Shown here piece by piece: positions 1 to 8,371 of a DNA stretch of 20,429 bases (position 1 is its first letter; each line of letters starts with the position of its first letter). Under the pieces are notes generated by a model. That model had not been told where the DNA came from. It did no database searches and saw only the letters and a program-made list of their open reading frames with translations. Origin of the DNA: an archaeon. GTDB taxonomy: Archaea; Iainarchaeota; Iainarchaeia; Iainarchaeales; CSSED10-239. A program made the translations under genes and the position numbers. The stretch spans positions 1 to 20,429 of the forward strand of contig JBAYPN010000013.1 in NCBI GenBank assembly GCA_041677685.1, given 5' to 3'.

Positions 1-111
1 TGTCATCTGTCTTTTTCTCATCAGACTTTTCTTTTATAACTTTCTTGTCATCTGTCTTTTTCTCATCAGACTTTTCTTTTATAACTTTCTTGTCATCAGA
101 CTTCTCTGCAG
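1..111. repeat. 45-bp tandem repeat: two identical copies at 1-45 and 46-90, plus a shortened third copy. It encodes the 15-aa unit DKKVIKEKSDEKKTD in the S3 C-terminal tail.
   Basis: Bases 1-45 and 46-90 are identical when read directly. The third copy (91-111) lacks an internal 15-nt segment. The array touches the window edge, so the copy number is unknown. Confidence 0.9.
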
Positions 112-760
112 AAACTTTTGTTTTCTCTAGTTCTTCTTCTTCCATTCTTATTTTAAAATCTTTTGCTAGAGCAGAAACATCTACCTTGTCACTAAACAAA
201 ACGTTTGGATTAACAATTCTTAAAGTTATCCCAATTGTTCCAAGACTAGGGAAGGTTGTTCTTTTCTCAATAGACACCAAGTCCTTTTGATCTCCAGCTT
301 TTTTTAAGTACCCAAAAAAGAAACGAGATTTTCTTTTTCTCTGCCCTTTTCCAGAAGTGTTTCCCTTTGCAATAATTTCAGCCCCAATTGCTCCAGCTTC
401 TTTAATTTGTCTTAAAGCCCCATAAACAACACTCTTCCAAGTCATGCCTCTAGCAATATTTGACTGAATTGATTCCATAATAACTTTTGGATCTAAATTT
501 TTGTTTGGGATTTCTCCAATCTCTATATGCACTTTATTAAATCCAAATTCTTTTTCTAAATCATCTGTAAGTGCTCTAATGTTTGAACCTTTCTTTCCAA
601 TTATAAATCCTGGTTTTAAAGCATAAATAATTACTCTTGTATGGAATGAAGTTTTTAAAATATCCACATCAATAAATCCTGCAGATTTTAATTTCTTTTT
701 AAGGTAGTTTGCAATTGATATCTTTTTAAGTTTATCTTTAATAAAAATATTTTCCTTCAC
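1..760 (-). CDS. rps3: 30S ribosomal protein S3 (uS3), 3'-partial; not in the ORF track because it runs off the window
   Basis: My own translation of the minus strand starts at GTG (760-758), 3 nt after the L22 stop: VKENIFIKDKLKKISIANYLKKKL...GFIIGKKGSNIRALTDDLEKEF (KH domain)...WKSVVYGALRQIKEAGAIGAEIIAKG. The reading frame is open to base 1. Its position after L22 matches the conserved operon order. Confidence 0.9.
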   Translation of the reverse strand, partial: MKENIFIKDKLKKISIANYLKKKLKSAGFIDVDILKTSFHTRVIIYALKPGFIIGKKGSNIRALTDDLEKEFGFNKVHIEIGEIPNKNLDPKVIMESIQSNIARGMTWKSVVYGALRQIKEAGAIGAEIIAKGNTSGKGQRKRKSRFFFGYLKKAGDQKDLVSIEKRTTFPSLGTIGITLRIVNPNVLFSDKVDVSALAKDFKIRMEEEELEKTKVSAEKSDDKKVIKEKSDEKKTDDKKVIKEKSDEKKTDD

Positions 761-763
761 AGC

Positions 764-1234
764 TTATTCCTCCAGAACAATAACTTCAATGTTTGTAGAC
801 TTTGATTCTCTTTGTTTTCCGCCAATTCTTCCTTGTGGTTGAGTTTTTCTTCTTGTAAGTCCTAAATTTGCATACATGTGGATTATTCTTAATTTAGTAA
901 CATCTAAATTTTTATCCTCAGCATTAGACTTTACGTCTTCTAAAAGTAAACCAACCTCTTTTGCTACATTGATTGGCCATCTACCAGTTGGAGTAAATCT
1001 TTTTGTTTGCCCTTTTCTATGAGCAACTTTTAATCTATATTTTACTAATGGTAAAAAGTCTTTTTTCTCTTTAATGTCGTTTGCAATTTTTATAGCTTTA
1101 GACAACATCATACCATTAAAGTAATTACAAAATTCTACAGAATATTTTGTAGAGATCTTTGCATTAGACTTGTATGCTTTTGCAATTCTTTTTTCATCAA
1201 CTTTTTTTTGAAAATTATAATTTATTGTAGTCAT
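764..1234 (-). CDS. rpl22: 50S ribosomal protein L22 (uL22)
   Basis: 156 aa. Archaeal L22-like sequence: AKISTKYSVEFCNYFNGMMLSKAI...KVAHRKGQ...GRWPINVAKEV. Lies between S19 and S3. Confidence 0.93.
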   Translation of the reverse strand: MTTINYNFQKKVDEKRIAKAYKSNAKISTKYSVEFCNYFNGMMLSKAIKIANDIKEKKDFLPLVKYRLKVAHRKGQTKRFTPTGRWPINVAKEVGLLLEDVKSNAEDKNLDVTKLRIIHMYANLGLTRRKTQPQGRIGGKQRESKSTNIEVIVLEE

Positions 1235-1248
1235 AATATTCTACCGCT

Positions 1249-1650
1249 TTACTTTCTTTCACTTATAGCAGTACTTGATTTTGTAGCACCAATACCTGCT
1301 TTTCCGTGTGTTAATCTTTTTCTAGTTAATACAAATTCACCTAAATAATGTCCAATCATCTCAGGCATAATAACAACTGGTTTAAACTCTTTACCACTAT
1401 ACACATAGATGGTTTTGTCAACCATCTTAGGAGTAACTATAGTGTCTCTTTTATGAGTCCTTATAGTCTTGTGATTTTGTAAATCTTTTTCAATTCTTTG
1501 ATAAAAAGGATCACTTTCATTTCTTTTTAAATTTCTTTTAGCTCTTGAGTTTGTTAGTTCAGAAAATTCCTTTAAAGACATTTTCTTTAGTTCTTCTAAG
1601 GTTTTTCCTCTATATCTAAAATCTGTATTTTCATCCATAACTAATATCAC
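1249..1650 (-). CDS. rps19: 30S ribosomal protein S19 (uS19)
   Basis: Contains FRYRGKTLEELKKMSLKEFSEL and GKEFKPVVIMPEMIGHYLGEFVLTRKRLTHGKAGIGATKSS. The track start at 1650 is GTG. An in-frame ATG at 1638 (MDENTDF...) is an alternative start. Confidence 0.93.
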   Translation of the reverse strand: MILVMDENTDFRYRGKTLEELKKMSLKEFSELTNSRAKRNLKRNESDPFYQRIEKDLQNHKTIRTHKRDTIVTPKMVDKTIYVYSGKEFKPVVIMPEMIGHYLGEFVLTRKRLTHGKAGIGATKSSTAISERK

Positions 1651-1651
1651 A

Positions 1652-2356
1652 TTATTTCTTCTTTCTACCAGTTCTTGTTGATGCTATTGCACCTACTTTT
1701 CTACCTGAAGGAGCATGTCTTGAAGTAGACTTAGAATGCCCAACATGATGTTGAAATCCACCAAATGGGTGGTCAACAGGATTCATAGCAACTCCTCTAA
1801 CTCTTGGATAAGGTTTACCTTTAGCTTTCATAGCATGGAACTTATTTCCAGCAGTAACAAATGGTTTACTTGTTCTTCCTGATGCTGCAACAAAACCAAT
1901 AGTTGCTCTTGCATTTAATGGAAAGGACTTTATTTTTCCTGATGCCATTTTTACAAGAACTTTATCTTTTCTACTAACTAAAGTTGCAGAACCACCAGTT
2001 GCTCTTATAAATTTTCCACCATCTCCAAAATTTCTTTCAATATTAAAGATTTGTGTTCCTGGGGAGATTTCATCTAAAAATAAAACATTACCAACTCTTT
2101 GGGCAGCACCTCTTCCAAACTCAACCTTGTCTCCAGTCTTAATTCCATTTGCACAAACTAAATTTTCAAAAGTACCATCACTTAAAAGAACTTTTGCAAC
2201 AGGAGCAGACCTGATTGGATCTGTGTACAATTCAATAACTTGACCTTTTACTAGTCCCTCATATTGTGAATATCTAATATCTACTTTGGCATTAAGTGTT
2301 GCTTTATATTTTGGAGAACCCTTTCCCCTTCTTTGTGATTTTAGTCTTCTTCCCAT
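1652..2356 (-). CDS. rpl2: 50S ribosomal protein L2 (uL2)
   Basis: 234 aa. MGRRLKSQRRGKGSPKYK...GVAMNPVDHPFGGFQHHVGHSKSTSRHAPSGRKVG is a canonical L2 C-terminus. Confidence 0.97.
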   Translation of the reverse strand: MGRRLKSQRRGKGSPKYKATLNAKVDIRYSQYEGLVKGQVIELYTDPIRSAPVAKVLLSDGTFENLVCANGIKTGDKVEFGRGAAQRVGNVLFLDEISPGTQIFNIERNFGDGGKFIRATGGSATLVSRKDKVLVKMASGKIKSFPLNARATIGFVAASGRTSKPFVTAGNKFHAMKAKGKPYPRVRGVAMNPVDHPFGGFQHHVGHSKSTSRHAPSGRKVGAIASTRTGRKKK

Positions 2357-2379
2357 AACAAAAACCTTAATTTATAAAT

Positions 2380-2655
2380 TTATAATACTCCTAATTTGTT
2401 TGCTACATCTTGAGCATTAGAAGTCTTAGCAAGAGTTACTAGTGCTTTTTTTCTATTTTTTCTGTCAAGTAAAACATTTACTGACTTTACCTTAACAGCA
2501 TACATTTTCTCAACTGCTTCTTTAATTTCTTTCTTATTAGCTTTCTTATTTACTATAAAAGTTAATCTGTTAGCTGTAGATATCAAGTCAACTGCTTTTT
2601 CTGTAATCACAGGATATTCTACAACATCATAAAATTCTAATTTTTTTGAAACCAT
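2380..2655 (-). CDS. rpl23: 50S ribosomal protein L23 (uL23)
   Basis: 91 aa. VVEYPVITEKAVDLISTANRLTFIVNKKANKKEIKEAVEKMYAVKVKSVNVL. Lies between L4 and L2. Confidence 0.9.
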   Translation of the reverse strand: MVSKKLEFYDVVEYPVITEKAVDLISTANRLTFIVNKKANKKEIKEAVEKMYAVKVKSVNVLLDRKNRKKALVTLAKTSNAQDVANKLGVL

Positions 2656-2656
2656 T

Positions 2657-3472
2657 TTAAATCACCTTAGAGAATCTCTCATTTAATTTCTCAATTGCGT
2701 TCTCTGTAAAGATTGTAAGTCTACCTGCATGTGTTCCAGGAGCAAGTTCTTTGATTGATAATTGTCTTGCTGAAACAACATCAACACCTTCAAGATTACC
2801 AATTGCTTTATGATTTTTGTTATCTCCTAAAACAACAAGTATACTTTTTCTTCTCTTATATCTTCTTCCTCTACCCTTTCCTTTTCCTGCTCTAATTGTT
2901 TTAGTTTCTTTTGCTCTTAGAATAGAGTCAGATAATCCAATTTTTTCTAATAGTTCAAAAACTTCTTTAGTTTTTACAAAGCTTTCAAACTTGTTATCAA
3001 TAATTATTGGAAAAGTTAGGTTTTCTGGAAGAGAATTACTTCTTAAACTAACTAAACTTAAATTTGCAGTTGCTGAAATTGCACTCAAGATTGCTTTTGT
3101 TCTTTCTTTTGAGTTGATCTTTTTTACTAAGATTTTTGCAACCTTTGGAGGATGTGCTCTTGGTCCACCAACAGCTTGGGAGATACCTGCAACCCTACCA
3201 GCCATCAAAGCACTTCTATTTTTTAATCTTGGAAGTCTTGCTTTACCAGTATTGATTGAAACGTTCATTTTGTTTGGTTTTCTAACACCCCTGTATTCAG
3301 CAGTATTTAATCTGTTTGAATATGGAGAGATTCCTTTTTTCTGATAAGATTTACTTTGAGAAGATATTACTGCTCTCTTTATCAGATCAGGTCTATATAT
3401 TTGTTCAAAGTAAGTAGGAAGTTCAATTTCCTTAATTATTTTCCCTTCTAAATTATAAACATTTGTTTTCAT
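2657..3472 (-). CDS. rpl4: 50S ribosomal protein L4 (uL4)
   Basis: MKTNVYNLEGKIIKEIELP... and RAGKGKGRGRRYKRRKSILVV are typical of archaeal L4. The track ORF begins at TTG 3487. In-frame ATGs at 3481 and 3472 are more likely starts. I chose 3472 because MKTNVYNLEG resembles archaeal L4 N-termini. Confidence 0.9.
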   Translation of the reverse strand: MKTNVYNLEGKIIKEIELPTYFEQIYRPDLIKRAVISSQSKSYQKKGISPYSNRLNTAEYRGVRKPNKMNVSINTGKARLPRLKNRSALMAGRVAGISQAVGGPRAHPPKVAKILVKKINSKERTKAILSAISATANLSLVSLRSNSLPENLTFPIIIDNKFESFVKTKEVFELLEKIGLSDSILRAKETKTIRAGKGKGRGRRYKRRKSILVVLGDNKNHKAIGNLEGVDVVSARQLSIKELAPGTHAGRLTIFTENAIEKLNERFSKVI

Positions 3473-3483
3473 AATAATCATTC

Positions 3484-4458
3484 TCAAATTATTTTAATAT
3501 CAGTTAGTTCTGTTTTACTTTTGTTTGGTCTTATAGCATCCCTAATAACAACAACTCTTTTAATAGAGCCAGGAACAGATCCAGAAACTACAGCATAATT
3601 GTTTTTAACAAGTCCATAGTTTGTAAATCCACCTTTTGGGTTTATCTTTGGATCATTACTAACAATTAATAGCTTTTTATTAAAAGTAGTTCTGTTGTGA
3701 AAACCATGTTGTCCAGCTCTTGGAACAGTGTACATTACAGTTGATGGGTTCCATGGCCCAATTGACCCAACATGCCTTTGTATCTGTTGAGCCTTTGGTC
3801 TTAAAATCTTAATTCCAAATCTTTTAACAGGACCAGTAAAACCATGTCCTTTAGTTACAGATTTTACATCTAAATAGGTGTCAATTTTAAAAACATCTTT
3901 AAAAGAAATAGTTTTTAAAAAATTTTCTTTCAAGTAATCAATTTTTGCTTGGTAAGTGCCTGAAAGTGGAACTTCAAAAATTATTGGTTTTTTTTGACCA
4001 GTAGAAGTCTTACTTTCATCCAAATATGCAATCAATGTTAAGTTAGAGGCTTTATCTTTACCTTCTATAAATTTATCAAGTTCAATTTTTTTTGTAGATT
4101 TTTTACCTTTTATTTTTCTAGAAACAAGATTATCAAAACTAATAAATTCATCTACAGTTGATTTTCCAAAGACAACATCATTATCCTTATAAAATCTAGC
4201 ACCAATTATCTTCAAATCAGGAGTTTCAATTATAGAGACAGGAACTGCAATTTCTTGACCATAGCTTGAAGAATTTTTATGGGCATTCTTTGCAAGTACT
4301 TGTGACATACCCACCTTTACTCCAAAGAAACAAAGAGGTTTTACTTCTCCCTTAGAGTCTTGATTTAAAAAATATTTATATTTTGGAACAATTGATTTTG
4401 CTCTTACTCTTGGATAAAAAGCCATTGACCCGGCTCTTGGTTTATATTTTCTAGGCAT
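3484..4458 (-). CDS. rpl3: 50S ribosomal protein L3 (uL3), first gene of the operon
   Basis: 324 aa. MPRKYKPRAGSMAFYPRVRA...TKGHGFTGPVKRFGIKILRPKAQQIQRHVGSIGPWNPSTVMYTVPRAGQHGFHNRT. Confidence 0.95.
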   Translation of the reverse strand: MPRKYKPRAGSMAFYPRVRAKSIVPKYKYFLNQDSKGEVKPLCFFGVKVGMSQVLAKNAHKNSSSYGQEIAVPVSIIETPDLKIIGARFYKDNDVVFGKSTVDEFISFDNLVSRKIKGKKSTKKIELDKFIEGKDKASNLTLIAYLDESKTSTGQKKPIIFEVPLSGTYQAKIDYLKENFLKTISFKDVFKIDTYLDVKSVTKGHGFTGPVKRFGIKILRPKAQQIQRHVGSIGPWNPSTVMYTVPRAGQHGFHNRTTFNKKLLIVSNDPKINPKGGFTNYGLVKNNYAVVSGSVPGSIKRVVVIRDAIRPNKSKTELTDIKII

Positions 4459-4476
4459 AATAAATACACATTATAT

Positions 4477-4496
4477 CTTTATAAATTATAAATTTT
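4477..4496 (-). promoter_or_regulatory. Putative TATA box/BRE for the L3 operon; the transcript may be leaderless
   Basis: The minus strand reads AAAATTTATAATTTATAAAG, centred about 27 nt upstream of the L3 ATG (4458). There is no Shine-Dalgarno site in between. Confidence 0.4.
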
Positions 4497-4756
4497 AATT
4501 TCTAAAAACCATTAAATTAACTCTCTGCTCTATATTTATATGTTAACCAAATTTGTTCAAAAAATGGTTAAATATATTCTGTTAACACACAGTGTATAGA
4601 ACATCTATATAATAAATAATTGAACAGAAAACTTTATAAATGGGTTGCTTTTTTACTCTAAATTAAGGTACAAAATTTAACCAAAATCAAATAGAGTAAG
4701 CTAAAAGCCTCTTTTTACAATTACAAGCATAAAAAACACTCTAAATTGAAAATAAA

Positions 4757-7402
4757 CTAAATTAAGTCTTCTCCCTTCCCTTTTTTCTTACTATTTTTAA
4801 AAATTACTTTTCCAGTATAAAAGATTACAAGAACAAATAACAAAATTAAAATAATTGATTTTATAGAGTTGCCCACACTATTAAAATTAAATAACCCAGT
4901 TATATAAAAATTCTTTTTAGAATCTAAAGTAATCTCTTTTGAAACAAGCAAAGATCCTGTCAAAGAATCAACAACTTTTAAAGTAGCTAAATAATTTGAG
5001 GATAGATCTTGATTAGAAAAAATTCTTAATTCAGAATCCACAAAGCTATTTGCAGGAACAACAATATTTCTATCTCCCTCAATTGTGAAATTTAAAGGTA
5101 ACTCTAAATCTAAATTTACACCTTTACTAACATCAGTATTATTTGATAACTTTAATTTAATTAAGTGAGAGGCAAACTTGTTATCATCACCAATTGTAGG
5201 AAAACTACTTGAAATCCTACTAGTTTGCACATCTAAAGAGATATCTTCATTTCCCACAACACTTTTAATAACTGTTGAAACTTTTGATATAACTTTATTG
5301 TCTACAACCACCTCAAAATCAACTGTCTTTTCTGTCTCACTATTTAGGTAACTGTCAGGTACACTAAATAAATAATTGATTTTTTTAATTTCTTTTCCTT
5401 CTATTATAAAGTCCTCTGTATAACTTAAATTACCCAGTTTTTCTTTAATATTAATTTCTGATTGGCTATTATAAATGTTCCAATCGTTTGGCAAACCTTT
5501 TACAACTAATTTAAATTCAGTTCCAACTTTATTTTCATTCTCAAGACTTACACTTGTAAGTATCTTGTTTTTAGAAATTAAAAAACTTGAAGGAAAGGAT
5601 GTAAAATTAATTTTATATTCATCTGCTTGATCAGGGGTTGATAAAACTAAATCAGTAAAGTATATTTCTTCTGAACAGCCCTCCAATTGAACTGCATAGT
5701 AGATCTTTTTAGAGGATCCAAAATTACTTGTAATTATGTTTCTAGAAATTGAATCATTTCCAGTTAAGAGAATTGAGGTAGTATTGAGTGTCAGACCATC
5801 TGAATATAATCTAATTATCCCTTTTTTATTTGTTTTGTTTTTAAAATTTAAATTGAAATTTAATTTAGGGTCGTCATTTGTTATTAGCTTAGAAGGGTAA
5901 TTTAAAATAAAATCACAAGAATTATTTTCATTGTCAGGATCAAAAATATTTGATTTTTCTAAAAAAAATCTTCCAACATAAGTGTCTGTATAATCACAAA
6001 AAGAACCATCTTGAAATTTACCTTTTAAAAGTAAATTAAAAAAACCATCTAAAGTTCCATTTACTCCAACTGTAATAACTTCACTAGAGTTTGCTTTTAT
6101 CTTTTTAGAGTCATCAACAACATTTACATTTACGCCTCTTCTGTTATCTACAAAAAAACCATCAGCAGTAAAGTCCATAGAGGTGTTGTTATAAACAACA
6201 ATTGTGTTTTCTCCATTTTCCACTCTTTGGCTTTCAAAACCAATAGATGAACATCTATTTTTTCCATCTAAAATATTTATTTTAAAATCAGAACTTATGT
6301 CTGAGTAAGTACAAGTTTTACCATTTTCAAAAGAACCAGTTAATGATATTTTACCAATTACTTTTTCTAAAGTTTCTACAGAAGAAGTGTCTAGAGTAAA
6401 GTTAATAAAACTTTTAAAGGTTGGTAAAAGAGAACTGTTGTTTAGTGACTTTTTAGTAATGTTTACAAATCTTGAATTGTCAGAAATGTTTATAAAATTA
6501 ATATTAAATTTTTTATTAGAATTGTTAATAACATAAAAACCATCTTCAGAAGAATAATCTTTAGAAGAATTTTCTAATTGTGAAATTGTTGATGTTTGGA
6601 TAACTATACCTTGACAATCTAAATCTTGAGAGCTATTTTCTAAATGGTCAAGGACTTTAATCTTAATTGGTTCTCTTAATACACAACGTTTGTCTTCTCT
6701 ACCTTCCCTTACCATGTAACCTTTAACATAAAGTTCTGACTTTTCAGTTTTGGAGTTATCAACTTTTTTAGAACTAACTCTTAACTTTATGTCTTTAGAT
6801 TCATCAAGATTTATTTTTCTTGGAAAATAACTTACTTGTGCATCATAGATTGAAGTGTCTTTTATTTTTGCTTCTTCAATTTTAAAATCATAATCTAAGG
6901 AAATATTTTTCAATTGTACATCAAAGGATTTCCAATCATCTTCATCCATTACAAAATCTGTGTTTTCAAATCTTAAATCTGAACAATTCGCAGTACTTTT
7001 GTTTTCTTTATTTTTAATATGGTAGTTTACTGTGTATTCTTTTTCACAAACTAAGTCCCCATATTTTCCTACAAGGTAGATATCAAAAAAAGAAGAAGTA
7101 TCTGAACTAACAGTATCAGAGGTAAAAAATAAATCTGCACTTCTTGTGGAGTAAGAGGGCACTGTAAAGGGATAGTTGATGTTATCTAAATCAAGATCAT
7201 TTAAAGGACCAGTAGTTATAGAGATTAAACTTAAAGGTTCCTCAATTGAATTCATAATAAAAAGATCATAAACAAAAGATCTGTCTTCATCAACATAGAT
7301 GTCAGTTTGTCCAGAGATTGAAAAGTCTGAACAATCAATTGCAATTATGTTTGCTGATAAAAAAATTATTACAAAAAATACTATAAAAAATTTATAATTC
7401 AT
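4757..7402 (-). CDS. Large secreted, membrane-anchored surface protein (S-layer/adhesin-like) built from Cys-bracketed repeat modules
   Basis: 881 aa. N-terminal signal-like helix MNYKFFIVFFVIIFLSANIIA. C-terminal TM SIILILLFVLVIFYTGKVIF followed by a basic tail KNSKKKGKG. By my hand count there are more than 20 N-x-S/T sequons. GGGAGAAGGGG sits just upstream of the ATG. Confidence 0.7.
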   Translation of the reverse strand: MNYKFFIVFFVIIFLSANIIAIDCSDFSISGQTDIYVDEDRSFVYDLFIMNSIEEPLSLISITTGPLNDLDLDNINYPFTVPSYSTRSADLFFTSDTVSSDTSSFFDIYLVGKYGDLVCEKEYTVNYHIKNKENKSTANCSDLRFENTDFVMDEDDWKSFDVQLKNISLDYDFKIEEAKIKDTSIYDAQVSYFPRKINLDESKDIKLRVSSKKVDNSKTEKSELYVKGYMVREGREDKRCVLREPIKIKVLDHLENSSQDLDCQGIVIQTSTISQLENSSKDYSSEDGFYVINNSNKKFNINFINISDNSRFVNITKKSLNNSSLLPTFKSFINFTLDTSSVETLEKVIGKISLTGSFENGKTCTYSDISSDFKINILDGKNRCSSIGFESQRVENGENTIVVYNNTSMDFTADGFFVDNRRGVNVNVVDDSKKIKANSSEVITVGVNGTLDGFFNLLLKGKFQDGSFCDYTDTYVGRFFLEKSNIFDPDNENNSCDFILNYPSKLITNDDPKLNFNLNFKNKTNKKGIIRLYSDGLTLNTTSILLTGNDSISRNIITSNFGSSKKIYYAVQLEGCSEEIYFTDLVLSTPDQADEYKINFTSFPSSFLISKNKILTSVSLENENKVGTEFKLVVKGLPNDWNIYNSQSEINIKEKLGNLSYTEDFIIEGKEIKKINYLFSVPDSYLNSETEKTVDFEVVVDNKVISKVSTVIKSVVGNEDISLDVQTSRISSSFPTIGDDNKFASHLIKLKLSNNTDVSKGVNLDLELPLNFTIEGDRNIVVPANSFVDSELRIFSNQDLSSNYLATLKVVDSLTGSLLVSKEITLDSKKNFYITGLFNFNSVGNSIKSIILILLFVLVIFYTGKVIFKNSKKKGKGEDLI

Positions 7403-7452
7403 AAAATAACCCCTTCTCCCAAAAATGAAAAAACTTTTTTAAAAATAAAAAA

Positions 7453-7821
7453 CTACTGCCAACTAAAAGTAAAGGCAGAATTGTCAACAACCATAGATAA
7501 GTTGTTTGGGTAATATCTATAAGTTGGATATGAGTATGAATAATAGGTTGTTGGGTAACCTGAATAAGTAGTCATACCAGTATATGGATTTACAGAATTG
7601 TAATATGGATTATAATAGTAGTTATTGTATGGATTGTAATAGTAGTTATTGTAGTAACTATCATATTGATTTACATAATTATAAGTGTAAGGGTAAGCAT
7701 ATGGATAATAACCAACATATGAATAGGAAGCATCTGTTATGTCAAAACTTCCTGCTGAAATTGTACCAAACAACGCTAAAAAAGAAACTAATCCAAATAA
7801 TATTAATATTTTTTTATTCAT
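7453..7821 (-). CDS. Secreted tyrosine/asparagine/proline-rich low-complexity protein
   Basis: 122 aa. Signal peptide MNKKILILFGLVSFLALFGTISA, then a core with about 31 Tyr in about 75 residues (YYPYAYPYTYNY...YNNYYYNPYNNYYYNPYYN). AGGGAGGA lies 8 nt upstream of the ATG. The stop is 50 nt upstream of the 881-aa gene on the same strand. Confidence 0.65.
   Translation of the reverse strand: MNKKILILFGLVSFLALFGTISAGSFDITDASYSYVGYYPYAYPYTYNYVNQYDSYYNNYYYNPYNNYYYNPYYNSVNPYTGMTTYSGYPTTYYSYSYPTYRYYPNNLSMVVDNSAFTFSWQ
7607..7654. repeat. 24-bp tandem duplication (22/24 identical) inside the Tyr-rich gene, encoding YNNYYYNP twice
   Basis: ggattataatagtagttattgtat (7607-7630) versus ggattgtaatagtagttattgtag (7631-7654). 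Confidence 0.85.
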
Positions 7822-7981
7822 AATAAATTCCTCCCTTTTTAGTTTTATATATTAAGTGACAAATAGTTTATAAAGGTATTTAATTAAGTAACTGAAGATA
7901 ATTACAGATACTTAAAAAAAGGTAAGGCTTTAAAAATATTCTATAATATATTTTATAGAAGGAACAACCAAGGTTATTTTT

Positions 7982-8368
7982 ATGGCAGACGAATCATCAG
8001 GAATATATCAGGATATTAAGGCATTACAGTCAAGCATATTGGTACTTAGACAAAAGATAAAATATCTAGTGCATAATGAAAAAATCCTTGGTAGAAACAT
8101 ATTAATCTTAAATAAAAAAATTGCATCTAAGACTACAAACAACAATTCTCAGAGTAGCCTCTCTGATGCTAAAGTTACAGAGATCTTAGAAAAGATAAAC
8201 AACATTGAATCTAAAATAAAAAATATTGAATCAAGTCTAGAGTTGTTTAGTAGAAGGTATGCAAAGGTAGATGACCTTAAGGAAATGAAATACATAATTG
8301 ATAACATCAATCCTTTAGAATACACAACAATTGAACAAGTAAAAAAATTAATTAAAGAAAATAAATAA
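7982..8368 (+). CDS. Hypothetical coiled-coil protein
   Basis: 128 aa. Heptad-like stretches (IKALQSSILVLRQKIKYL; EILEKINNIESKIKNIESSLELF) flank an N/S-rich linker. I recognise no family. Confidence 0.5.
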   Translation: MADESSGIYQDIKALQSSILVLRQKIKYLVHNEKILGRNILILNKKIASKTTNNNSQSSLSDAKVTEILEKINNIESKIKNIESSLELFSRRYAKVDDLKEMKYIIDNINPLEYTTIEQVKKLIKENK

Positions 8369-8371
8369 AAA

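Noticed and set aside
45-290. 81-aa plus-strand ORF (MSSVFFSSDFSFITF...)
   Set aside because: It is antisense to the clearly conserved S3 coding sequence. Its S/F-rich low complexity is just the reverse reading of the K/E-rich repeat tail, so it is a shadow ORF.
2817-3344. 175-aa hydrophobic plus-strand ORF
   Set aside because: It lies entirely antisense to the conserved L4 gene. It has no SD or TATA element, and its Leu/Phe-rich composition is typical of the complement of a Lys/Glu-rich AT-rich gene.
7584-7823. 79-aa plus-strand ORF opposite the Tyr-rich gene. Similar antisense ORFs lie at 13889-14071, 15191-15385, 16402-16716 and 19294-19482.
   Set aside because: All are embedded antisense in longer genes with better support (P0, the membrane protein, enolase, the surface proteins). 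None has a recognisable start context or family resemblance.
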